Of a stretch of 64,000 bases of DNA, positions 12,874-23,929 are shown piece after piece. This DNA is from Lingula anatina. Its lineage: Eukaryota; Animalia; Brachiopoda. A model generated the notes under the pieces. The model was not told where the DNA came from, did no database searches, and worked only from the letters and a program-made list of their open reading frames with translations. The translations under genes and the position numbers were made by a program. The stretch covers positions 17,894,651-17,958,650 of the forward strand of contig CM120647.1 in NCBI GenBank assembly GCA_051362555.1. Direction: 5' to 3'. Within the stretch, counting starts at the first letter, position 1; each line of letters starts with the position of its first letter.

Positions 12874-14115
12874 GAAAAGTGGATATCACATAATTCGTGA
12901 GAATCACATTCAAAGTAATGTTGCAGCCACATTCAGTAATGTGGTATGAAGATGGTGTTTTTGCTGGGAACAGAAAAGATGTTTAACATTTGGCGATAAC
13001 GTTAATACCAATTTGATAAAACGTTGATTCCCCACGTCACATATATACCACATTTCTCCACGTGGTAAGAACGTTTTGTGTTTTGTGTTTGTGTAAGAAC
13101 GTTTTGTGCTTGTTATAGTCTATTTCTTAAGCCGACTACCCACAGTGTTGTGTAAAAAGCACCGAGTACCTTTACGTTTATTGAAAGGTGGTAAGTAAAT
13201 ACACGCAATGTCTTTGAATGCTCAGCCCCCTTTGTCCGCTTCACCGCTATTCACAGTGAGCTTCGAGGCGTGAAACACGCTTTGAGATTTATTTTTGTTG
13301 ATTCTATTTTCCTTTTTCGCTGCTTTTCAGTATGAAAAGCCAATAGCCCTTGGATTACTGTTGGTGCCGCATATTTTGTCACGCAAGATCTCACGTGGAT
13401 TTTGATTTACTGCACATAAGACAAAGCATTAAACGGATATTTGATAAAGTAGATTCTGACAAAAATATTTTATTGTGTTGTATATAGTCGGAGAGTTTTT
13501 AACACTGTCAGTCTTCGCCAGGTGGGGTTGACCCCCCCCCCCCACAAAAAAAAACTTCCCCCCTCACATAGTAGTAGAATTTCTTTCAGAAAGATTTACA
13601 GTTTATAACACTAAATATAATATGCGATACTCATAATGAAATGTTTGCAGCGAACTTGCTGGAAACTGCTGGAAACTAAACAGTTTGCAGGTTGTTGTAA
13701 GAAAAATTGTTGCTGCAATTTTGCAAGAGCATTTATAATTTGCAGCAAGTTTTCGTGCAGTATTCATGCCCTTTCAAAATAAAAACAGTTTTTCATATAC
13801 ATGGTAAAACTCCTTCTTAAACATTTGCAACAAATTTGCGACAACGGTTTGCAAAAAGCCTAAAATTTTGATTGGGGTAAATTTTGCTTCAAGCTAGATT
13901 ATTCTTTCTTCAACAACCATGGTTACGAAACAGGACGATGCAACAAATTGAATGCCCATTATCTGAATGTATTTTATCTCCATACTACACATACTACATA
14001 AATTCCACTTAAATGATAAATTTCTTCCATAGAATGTTTGCAATTGTAATCTAACATCTATTCGAATTTGTTTCTAATTGTTGGCTAAACAGGTAGGAAA
14101 CTGTTCAATTTGTTT

Positions 14116-15554
14116 TTATTTTCTTTTCTTTCTTCGTCCCCAAGGAGAGACGGGTAGTGTCGGGGTCTGTTCGTATGAGGCGCTTGACTCTGACGTAGTA
14201 GCAGGTTCTGGCGTCGTAGTTGGTTCTGAAAATGAAGTCAGTTCTGTTGAAGTTAGCAATTCTGTCGATGTAATTTGTTCTGACGTAGTCGTCATTTCTG
14301 AAGAAGTCGTCATGTCTGACGTGGCAGTCATTTCTGAAGAAGTAGTCAGTTCTGAAGTAGTCAGTTCTGACGAAGTACTTCCTTCTGAATTTGTAGTGGC
14401 TTCTAAAGATGAAGTCGGTTCTGTCGAAGTTGCCAATATTGTCGACGTAATTTGTTCTGTCGTGGAAGTCATTGCCGACAAAGCGGTCAAATCTGTCATC
14501 GTAATTGGTTGTAACGTCATAGTTGGTTCTGAAGATGGAGTCATTTCTAACGAAGGTGCCAGTTCTGACGTATTAGTTGGTTCTGACGCTATAGTCGGTT
14601 CTAAGGCTGTTTTAATTTCTGAAGTAGTACCACTTGGTTCTGACATCGTAGTCAACTCTGACCTCGTAGTCATTTTAAATGTAGTCACTTCTGATGTAAT
14701 TAATTCTGATTTCGCCATGATATCGAGTGTAGGAACAGGCGTTTCAATTGAAATCAAGCTAAATTGGGTCATTTCACTGCGTGTCCCATTGAAGGTATCA
14801 TTTTCTCCTAAAACAGATCAACAGTTTAGCAAAACTTTTTTTTTGTTTGTGAATCTATAAAGCTCCTGTGATTTCAGTGCGAGCAAAAACTATTGATCAG
14901 TTAAGATGCTTATTAGAATACAAATAGTAAATAACAGTAAAGCACAAACACACTATACAGCATAGTAACTGCTCCATGAGAGGCTACTAGAGGTATGTTC
15001 AAAGCTAAAAGGGCTCAATCCCAATGAAGGTATCGTTCTACGTAGATTGATCCAACTCCGCAGGGAATCTCGTTGAATCATATCAGATCAATATATTAAC
15101 ACTTCTCTTTTTTTCGTAATCAACAGCTTTCCTGGATTTTCTCCAATAGCAGGTGGAGGCATGTTAATCTGTTTATCTGTTTGCATTCAGCGAGAGTCCC
15201 CGCAGAGTTGGATCAATATATAGTTCATCCATTGGGAATGAGCCCTACGACTATTAGTGGGGGATTTATCTGAGCAAACTCACCTTGATTCCTACAGTGA
15301 CATGCGCATTCAGAAGTAGCCACAATGAATGTCACTACCAAGATAACATTGAGTAAAACAGAAAGAGACAGAAAACTGTAGAGAGCCAGTTGTCGGTATT
15401 TAATTCTCTTTCCAACCTCTTCATTCGTTGGCTGCAGTGCCTCATAGTTGATAGTCCCACCAGCGTGCACATCGTCATACGTGTCAGACTGTGGCCTCGT
15501 GATCTTACTTGAAGAGACCTCGTGAGCTGGCTCATACACATGAATATCGGTCAT
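14116..15554 (-). CDS. Type II TM mucin-stalk protein, copy 3 (intact, ~320 aa, ends SPWGRRKKRK)
   Basis: Exon 1 is 15554-15284 (donor gtgagt) and exon 2 is 14807-14116. The spliced length of 963 nt is an open frame. An AATAAA overlaps the stop codon. Confidence 0.9.
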
Positions 15555-16067
15555 GTCTACGGTTTGTCGCTTGGTGGTTGGATACTTTTTCTCAGTGGTG
15601 TTAGAACTGCACACAGCTCCGTCAAAATTCTAAATAAACTAGGGTGGGGCTCGTTTTTTCCGTTTGAAACTGGATGCCTTTCCTATTTTCATTTTCTCCT
15701 TAAGTCGGTAGCGGGTTTTCTTTTCAAGATGTGCTCTTAATTGTGATGAACGCGCCGACTGAATGCACGCGTTGAGTTCTACCTTACATATGATATGGTG
15801 CCTTTTCTTTCGTCGAATACCTGACGTTTATGTAAATTCTGAAATTTTATAGGAATGTAATTTAATCTCGTGCCTCACTTAACGCCCCCTTTCAACACAA
15901 CTGATTTGTCCTCAACTAACACATCCCTCTGCCTCAAAGAACACATCGAAAGTAACCGGAACACTGGCATATAAAGGGTTTTGGTAATGTGTTAAGGAAA
16001 TTAACAATAACATAATAGGACAGGATGGCAAATTCACAGCAGTTTCCTCTGTGGGATAGGAAAGATA

Positions 16068-16195
16068 TACCCTCTACCAGGGCGAGTAAACTCAACTAAG
16101 CTCAACTCAGTTGAGCCCTAAATGACCATCTATGTAGCTAGAGACATATCTGTGAATATCTGTAAAAAATCTATTACTCGCCCTGGTAGAGGGTA
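16068..16195. mobile_element. 128-bp MITE with 22-bp perfect TIR and 9-bp TSD
   Basis: TIRs are TACCCTCTACCAGGGCGAGTAA and TTACTCGCCCTGGTAGAGGGTA. GGAAAGATA flanks both sides (16059-16067, 16196-16204). Absent from the homologous site in units 1 and 2. Confidence 0.92.
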
Positions 16196-16777
16196 GGAAA
16201 GATAAACCCCCCCGAGGGGAGAAGGGGAGTGATATGGGGCTTGTTGTGCCCCATGAATCCGCCATTTGAATAGTATCGGATATACTGTACTTACGCCGCT
16301 CTTAATATTGTCAGCTAACAGTTTACTTTGGTCAGCCAACTCGACCTTATCGGAAGTTATTCTCTAGGGCCCTTATATGGGCCATGATAAAACGTCTCAA
16401 CATGGAGCGTCCACGAACGAGGTAAGACGTGAATCACACCATTATAGGAAGGTTCGACAGACTTACGCCCACCCCCCCCCCCCCCACACACACCATCATC
16501 CACGAATATAACAGTCTTGAATACAAGATGCGGAGCACGCTAATATTGCAGTAATATGAGTCCAAAGGGTAGGCACGCACCAAAACTTTTTGTTCTTTAA
16601 AAAATATTAGGAGATATGAGAGTAAATACAGAACGAATTTAAATAAATTAAGTGCATTTGTTTCTAACATTCAGTGTACATTTTGGTAGCATCTAAAACT
16701 TTCAAACTTCAAAAAATGGAGACCATAACTGCGTCAGCGAAAGGCACGTTTCGGTGACACATTTGATCACGCCATGA

Positions 16778-16819
<42 letters not shown>

Positions 16820-19011
16820 TTTTTTTTTTGAGAAATATAGTGTTTTATGGACGTGACGTGCGTTTAAAACGCGTGATACATGTAATCATAATGGCCGCCT
16901 GGATTTCTTTTGTAAAAGTGGATATTATACATTTACATTATTCGTGGAAAACACACGTTATATTTAACGTGGGGCTGTGCACAACGTGTATACCGCATGC
17001 CTACTTATTACTGATGAACATTGAATCACATTAAAATAACGTGGTACCCCCTGTGGAAATCACATTCACATAATTCGTGAGATTCACATTCATAGTTATA
17101 CTTAACGTGGTGCTACAACGTTATTTTCACGTTCAACCCTCTTACAGATTTACGTGGGGATCATATTCAAAGTAACGCTGCTGCCATGTTACAAATTTAC
17201 GTGAGAATTACAGGTTCAAAGTAACGTATTCCACATTGAAAACCTTACACATCTAAGTAGAAACCACGTTTAAAATAACGTTGCTGGAACGTCACAGATT
17301 TACGTGAGAATCACGTTAAAATTAACGTTGATGCCATGTTATATGTGACGTATTGCTGCAACGTACATTCCACATTGAAAACTCTCACAGATTTAAAAAG
17401 GAATAATGTTCAAAGTAATGTTGCTGCTACGTTACACATTTACGTTGGAATCCCGTTCAAAGTAACGTTGCTGCCATGTTGTATGTAACGTGTCTGCAAC
17501 TTGTATTCCACGTTCAAACTCCATACAGATTTATGCAGAAATCACATTCAAATTAACGTTGCTTCTACGTTATCTGTAACGTGGGACTGTAACGTGTATA
17601 TTCCACTTTCAAACCTAGCTGTAACAGATTTAAGTAGAAATCACGTTCAGAGTTACATTTTTCTACCTTCACATAACGTGGTTCACATGTGGAAATCGCA
17701 TTCACATAAATCGTGAGAATCACACCTAAAGCAACGGTGCAGTCACGTTATACTTAATGTGGGGATACAACGTGTATGCCACATCCCAAACTAGTACTAA
17801 TGAACGTAACGTGGTTTCCACGTGAAAATCACTTTCACTTAATTCGTGAAAATCACATTCAAAGTAACGTTGCAGCCACATTCTGCAACGTGGTATGAAG
17901 GTGGTGTTTTTGCTGAGAATAGAAAAGATGTTTAACATTTGGCGATAACGTTGATAAAACGTTGATTCCCCACGTCACATATATACCACATTTCTCCACG
18001 TGGTAAGAACGTTTTGTGTTTGTTGGGTATAGTCTATTTCTTAAGCCGACTACCCACAGTGTTCTATAAAAAGCACCGAGCACCTTTAGGTTTATTGAAA
18101 GTAGGTAAGTAAATACACGCAATGTCTTTGAATGCTGAGCCCCCTTTGTCCGCTTCACCACTATTCACTGTGAGCTTCAATACGTGACACAGGCTCTAAG
18201 GCTTTTATTTTTGTTGATTCTTTTTTTTTCTCGTTGCTATTCAGTATGAAAAGCCTAGCGTGATTACCATGAAGATCTCACGTGCGTTTTGATTTACTGC
18301 ACACAAGACAAAGCATTAAACGGATGTTTGACAAAGTAGATTCTACAAAAATATTTAATTGTGTTGTATATAGTCGGAGAGCTTTTAACACTGCTCGAAT
18401 TCAACAGGTTGGGTTGACACTCCCCCCCCCCCCAAAAAAAAAAAAAAAAACTCTCCCAACCACCCACACACACACATAGTAGTAGCATTCCTTTCAGAGA
18501 AGATATACATTAGATATAAAATAGATATAAAACTAAATATAATATGCGATTCTCCTAATGAAAAGTTTGGAGCGAACTTGCTGCAAACTTAAAAGTGCAG
18601 GTTGTTATATAAATTTTTTGTTGCAAATTTGCATGAGCATCTAAAGTTTTCGCAAAATCTTTATGCCCTTTCAAATTTTACAGTTTTGTATATACATGGT
18701 AAAACTCCTTCTTGAAAATTGGCAGCAAATTTGCGACAACGGTTTGCAGAAAGCGTAAACTTTTATCTAGGGTAAAGTTCGCTTCAAGCTAGATATCAGA
18801 TATAACAGTTGATTCTTTCTACAATATCCATGGTTTAGTTACATAACGATGCAACAACTAGAATACCCATAACCTAAATGTATTTTATCTCCATACTACG
18901 CATACTACAAAAATGCCAACTAAATAATAAAGTTCTTCGATAGAATGTTGGTAATTGTAATCTAACATCTATTCGAATTTAGCAAGCTGTAGCAAGGTGT
19001 TCATTTCGTTT

Positions 19012-21335
19012 TTATTTTCTTTTCTTTCTTCGTCCCCAAGGAGAGGGGCCTGCTGTTGTCGAGGTCTGTTCGTATGAGGTAACTGACTCTGACGTAATAG
19101 CCGTTTCTGATGTCATTGTTGTCTCTGACGTCGTAGTTGGTATTGACGTGCTAATCAGTTCTGACATAGTAGTTGTTTCTGACGCGGTAGTCGGTTCTGA
19201 AGATGAAGTCAGTTCTGTTGAGGTTAGCAACTCTGTCGATGTAATTTGTTCTGACGTGGCAGTCATTTCTGATGAAGTAGTTAGTTCTGATGTGGTAGTC
19301 ATTTCAGAAGAAGTCGTCAGTTCTGAGGTGGTAGTCATTTCAGAAGAAGTCGTCAGTTCTGACGTGGTAGTCATTTCTGAAGTAGTCGTCAGTTCTGACG
19401 TGGTTGTCATTTCTAATGAAGTAGTCATTTCTGACGTGGTTGTCATTTCTGACGAAGTAGTCAGTTCTGACGTGGTTGTCATTTCTGACGAAGTAGTCAG
19501 TTCTGACGTGGTAGCCATTTCTGATGAAGTAGTCATTTCTGATGAAGTAGTCATTTCTGACGTGGTTGTCATTTCTGACGAAGTAGTCAGTTCTGACGTG
19601 GTTGTCATTTCTGACGAAGTAGTCAGTTCCGACGTGGTTGTCATTTCTGATGAAGTAGTCAGTTCTGACGTGGTAGTCATTTCTGATGTGGTAGTCATTT
19701 CTGACGAAGTTGTCAGTTCTGACGTGGTAGTCATTTCTGCCGAAGTAGTCAGTTCTGACGTGGTTGTTATTACTGACATAGTAGTTGTTTTTGACGTCGT
19801 AGTCAGTTCAGAAGATGTAGCCGGTTCTGCCGTTGTAGTTGGTTCTGAAGCCGTGCTGGGCTCTGTAGATGTAGTCAGTTCTACTGAGGTTGCCAATTCT
19901 GAAGAAGTAGTTGGTTCTGACGTGGTTGTCATTTCTGACGAAGGTGTCAATTCTGACATAGTAGTTAGTTCTGACGAGGTAGTTGTTTGCGACGAAGTTG
20001 CCACATCTGACGAAGTAGTTGGCTCTGATGTGGTAGTCAGGTCTGACGTCATAGTCATCTGTAGTGTACTCACTTCTGATGTATTTTCCGATTTCGCGTT
20101 GATATTAGTTATAGGAACAGACGTTTCAGTGGTTGAAATTCCGCTGTATTGGGTCATTTCACTGCGTGTCCCATTGAAGGTTTCATTTTCTCCTAAAACA
20201 GGTCAACAGTTAAGCGAAACCATGTATTGTCATTTTGTGAATTTATGAAACTGCTTTGATTTCAGTGCGAGCAAAAACTATTGATCAGTTAAGTTGCTTA
20301 TAAGTGTAAAACTCGTAAATAACAGTGAAGCACTAGCATTCCATAAACTAAAAAGCATGGTAACTGCTCAATATGAGACCTATAAATATACCAGAGGCAT
20401 TCAAAGTAGATTAATCCAACTCAGCAGGGAATCTCGCTGAACGTAATCAGATAAACATATTAACATTTCTACTCTTCTTTCCAACGTTTTTGCGTAATCA
20501 ACAGCTTTCCTAAATTCTACTCAACGGCAGTGGAGGCATGTTAATCTGTTTGCATTCAGCGAGAGTCCCTGTGGAGTTGGATCAATCTATTATTCATAAA
20601 ACTAGAAAAGCACTCCGAGAGCGCAGACCTTCGCCAAGGCAGGAAAGTCTCCACCCAATGCCGTTTCACCCCTAAATTATCATTCTATAATGATTTAGTT
20701 TTTTATTATTGATTATTGATTGATTATTGATCCTGATCACCACCAAAAACTAAACATCTGTTCCTTGGCCAACATCTGACATTTCCTGAAAAATTCATTG
20801 AAATCGGTCCATAGCTTTTTATGTAATGTTGCTAACAGGCAGACAGACAGACAGACAGACAAACTAACGGAACCAAAAACGTAACCTCCTTGTCGGAGGT
20901 AAGGAAAGTTTCATTGGGAATGAGCAGTATAGTTTTGTAAATTACTAGTAGACTTATCGGCCTTTGAGTATGCAGTAACCATGCTGTATAGTTCATAGTA
21001 TGCTTGTATTGTATTGGACTGTAATTGAGGACTGGGGGGGGATTTATTTGAGCAGACTCACCTTCATTCCTACAGTTACATACGCAATTCTCAGAGGTAG
21101 CCACAATGAATGCCACTAGGAAGATTACATTGAGTAAAACAGAAAGAGACAGTAAACCGTAGAGAGCCAGTTGGCGATATTTAATTCTCTTTCCTGCCTC
21201 TTCATTCGTTGGTTGCAGAGCCTCATAGTTGATATTCCCACCAGCGTGCACATCGTAACACGTGTCAGACTGTGGTCTCGTGGTCGTACTTGAAGAGACC
21301 TCGTAAGCTGGTTCATACACATGAACGGCGGTCAT
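19012..21335 (-). CDS. Type II TM mucin-stalk protein, copy 4 (intact, ~484 aa, ends SPWGRRKKRK)
   Basis: Exon 1 is 21335-21062 and exon 2 is 20192-19012. The spliced length of 1455 nt is an open frame. It has the longest hexapeptide array and a CVCNC neck. Confidence 0.9.
20600..20902. mobile_element. Helentron/DINE-1-like non-autonomous element nested in the intronic MITE of copy 4
   Basis: Starts AACTAGAAAAGCAC, has sub-terminal inverted repeats ACCTTCGCCAAGG / CCTTGTCGGAGGT and an internal (GACA)n. It splits the MITE right arm (...tattcat | ttcattgggaatgagc). A related fragment lies at ~46685-46793. Confidence 0.75.
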
Positions 21336-22419
21336 GTCCACGGTTTGTCGCTTGGTGGTTGGATAATTTTTTTCACTGGTGTTAGAATTGCGCTCAGCTC
21401 CGTCAAAATTTTAAATAAACTAGGTTGATGCTCTATTTTTTCCGTTTGAAACTTGGGGCCCTCCCTATTTCGTTTTCTTCTTAAGTCACCAGCGGGTTTT
21501 CTTTTCAAGATGTGATCTCAAATGTGATAAACGCTTAGACTGAATGCACGCGTTGAGTTCCAGCTAACATGATATTGAGCCCTTTCTTTTGACGAATACC
21601 CGACTTTTGTATACTTCTTAAGTTGTATCGGAATGTGATTTAATCTAGTAGGTCACTTAAGGTTGGAATATAGGTTGGAGATTTTATCTTAAAATAAAGG
21701 TCTTAGCTTTTTTAATTTTTGTTACATTCGTTTAATGTGTCTTTAAAACATCTAATTATGCTTGAAACAGCGCGTCAACTTCATCGTGTAACGTACAATG
21801 TAATATAGGGATTTTTGGGACAAAAACATCATTTTCAGTTGCCTGGTTTTCTCGTGCACCTGGACAGCTATAAACATGCTTTCAGTGGTATTATAACGCT
21901 TGAACAAAGTACTACAAAAGGGATTCAGGGATTTTTCTTTAAAGACGTATAGTTGATTTTATCTATAAAAACGTGAAATTACATCAAAATATTAAGGAAT
22001 TTTCACTTTCAAAGTCAATAAATAGAAAAGACCAATCACAATTTTCAAAAGCCACTTGTAGTGCATACATATACTTTTCTTAATAAGCGTGGTGAATTTG
22101 GTCTCCCTCAGGTGTACAGGTAGACAGTTATAGCTCGAACCGATAACGCTATCTCGTCAATCTTGAAAGCGAAGAAAACGAGCAAAAACCCTTTCAGAGA
22201 GGTTAATTGTCCAAAATAGCAAATTAAATTGTTGGCAACTTTAACTGTTATCGTACTGACGATCGCAAAGATGGGTCCTTTATTGCCAATTGAAATTAAC
22301 TTTGCCTGTAGTTGGATGTTAGAAAATCTTTTGTATCAGTCTTACCTCCAGTTGGTAACTTTAAGGGGTTACCGCTAGCATTGTCAGAATGATTGACAGG
22401 CTATCAAGTAAGCCCTAGA

Positions 22420-22804
22420 GAGCATTCACATCGCGAAGAGCCGAGGTCTAGCAAGGCCGAGACCTAAATATGGGGGACCTTCATGAAAGGAAAGGAGCAT
22501 TCACATCGAGAAGAACCGAGGTCTAATAAGGCCGCGACTTAAATATGGCGGACCTACATGAAAGGGAAACCGCTTAATCCTGTAATGGTCTCTCCGCCTC
22601 TCACACGGCTCCCCACGCATCGTCCGTCGAACGGTTGAATTGATATGAGATTTAATTAGTGTGCCCCTGCAGGGACGGCGCACCAGGAGGCGTGTGAAAG
22701 GCGGAGAGACCATTAATGGATTAAGCAGTTTTTCTTTTATGTAGGTCCGCCATATTTGGGTCGCGGCCTTACTAGACCTCGGCTCTTCTCGATGTGAACG
22801 CTCC
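22420..22804. mobile_element. Fold-back MITE (GGAGC(A/G)TTCACATCG termini, Harbinger-like) with duplicated left arm
   Basis: 22495-22804 is a long imperfect palindrome (GGAGCATTCACATCGAGAAG... / ...CTTCTCGATGTGAACGCTCC; AATGGTCTCTCCGCCT / AGGCGGAGAGACCATT). 22420-22494 repeats the first ~75 nt. Confidence 0.85.
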
Positions 22805-22829
22805 CAAAGGTGAAATCAAACTTTATATC

Positions 22830-23222
22830 ACAGCAAAACAAAATGAAAATAAAAGCATCGAAAGTCAACTAACTAGGAACGTTCAGAGCAGGCCTATCAA
22901 TGAATGCGATCCAACTTGTTTTGATTCAGTAGCTTTTCCGGTATAACAGCACGTCATACCACCTGTTAACTGTGTTCGGTACAATAACGACATCTGCTCG
23001 GCGGAATTATTTGCCAAATATGTTCTACTCAACATTTCCATCGCTGCAATCGCACCAGTAATTAAACACTCGAATGTTATTTATTTATTTATTAATTTAT
23101 TAATTTATTCTCTCCTCTAAGGGTCTCGCTAAAAGTAAAACACGCCTGTTGTGAACCGCCTCTGATCCCGTTGGGCTCTTTAATATCATGGTTAAAGCCC
23201 ACATAAATGTAAGTATAAAACA
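22830..23222 (-). pseudogene. Partial duplicate of class-A GPCR-like pseudogene (TM4-TM6 region)
   Basis: Aligns with 24230-24595. The minus frame reads ...ESKQVGSHSLIGLL*TFLVS*LSMLLFSF, a decayed FxxSWxP TM6-like motif. Confidence 0.45.
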
Positions 23223-23929
23223 AACTCCGAGCTCCGTGTCGGGTTGTCAAACACGACTTCCTGTACCTGATGAATATAACCGTTCATGGTTGCTTGGGAT
23301 GAATTGCAGCACCCGTATTATCGATTGGGATAGCAGATCTACACATGTACATCCAATTCGGCGCTCTTCGTGACAAGGTTGAAAGTTTCCATCTGATCAC
23401 CTTGTATCAACGAAGTTGTCGTGGCTCCGTGGTAACTCTGCTGTCTCGCATGCAGGCAGACACTCGCACGCTGGTTCGAGTCACAGCAGATCCATCGTCC
23501 TTTTTTGGCCAGAACTAAATTTAAAAAAAAATTGCGATTGATTACTATAAGAGGAAACTCGCACATACGGAGGTTGGGCGGGTCTGTCACGGAGCAGTCG
23601 GTAGCGTGCATGGATGCAAATGAAGCATACATCGTCATCAAACTTGGTAACTCAAAGTCACGGGCTCGATTCCCGGATGAGGCACGTCAGTCCATCACGA
23701 CAACGAGCTGGCCCCAGAATCGGGATGTCACGAGAACAAATGAGGGCTCTCGTGGGACTTAGCAAGTTATCTTTTGCATAAAAATACGGTATACTTTAGA
23801 TTGTTTACATCTGCGTCGACAATTATATTTCCTTTCTCTTCAGTTAAAAGTCCTTATGCTGGTGCCACAGATCTTGAACTTAAATTGAGCTCTAGCTATC
23901 TCCGTATGTTCTGCATTTCATCAAAATGT

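Larger units (their letters stand above)
1041..21660. repeat. Tandem segmental duplication, 4 units (1041-6714, 6715-12330, 12331-~16510, ~16511-21660)
   Basis: The anchor ctaagcatgcttagctgacagaaatc recurs at 1041, 6715 and 12331; acagtcttgaa(c/t)acaagatgcggagcacg recurs at ~1124, 6797, 12413 and 16511. Each unit has the same order: AACGT-rich element, mucin exon, intronic MITE, TM exon. Homology ends at cacttaa (21660). Confidence 0.97.

Noticed and set aside
4112-20248. Long plus-strand Val/Ser/Asp ORFs (4112-5017, 9774-10640, 14078-14860, 19148-20248)
   Set aside because: These are antisense shadows of the 18-nt mucin repeats. Splice sites, TM exon, conserved C-terminus and poly(A) signal are all on the minus strand.
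21661-22360. Possible TTAA-inserting transposon truncating unit 4 (homology stops at cacTTAA)
   Set aside because: I could not find a matching terminal inverted repeat or coding remnant, so it is not annotated.
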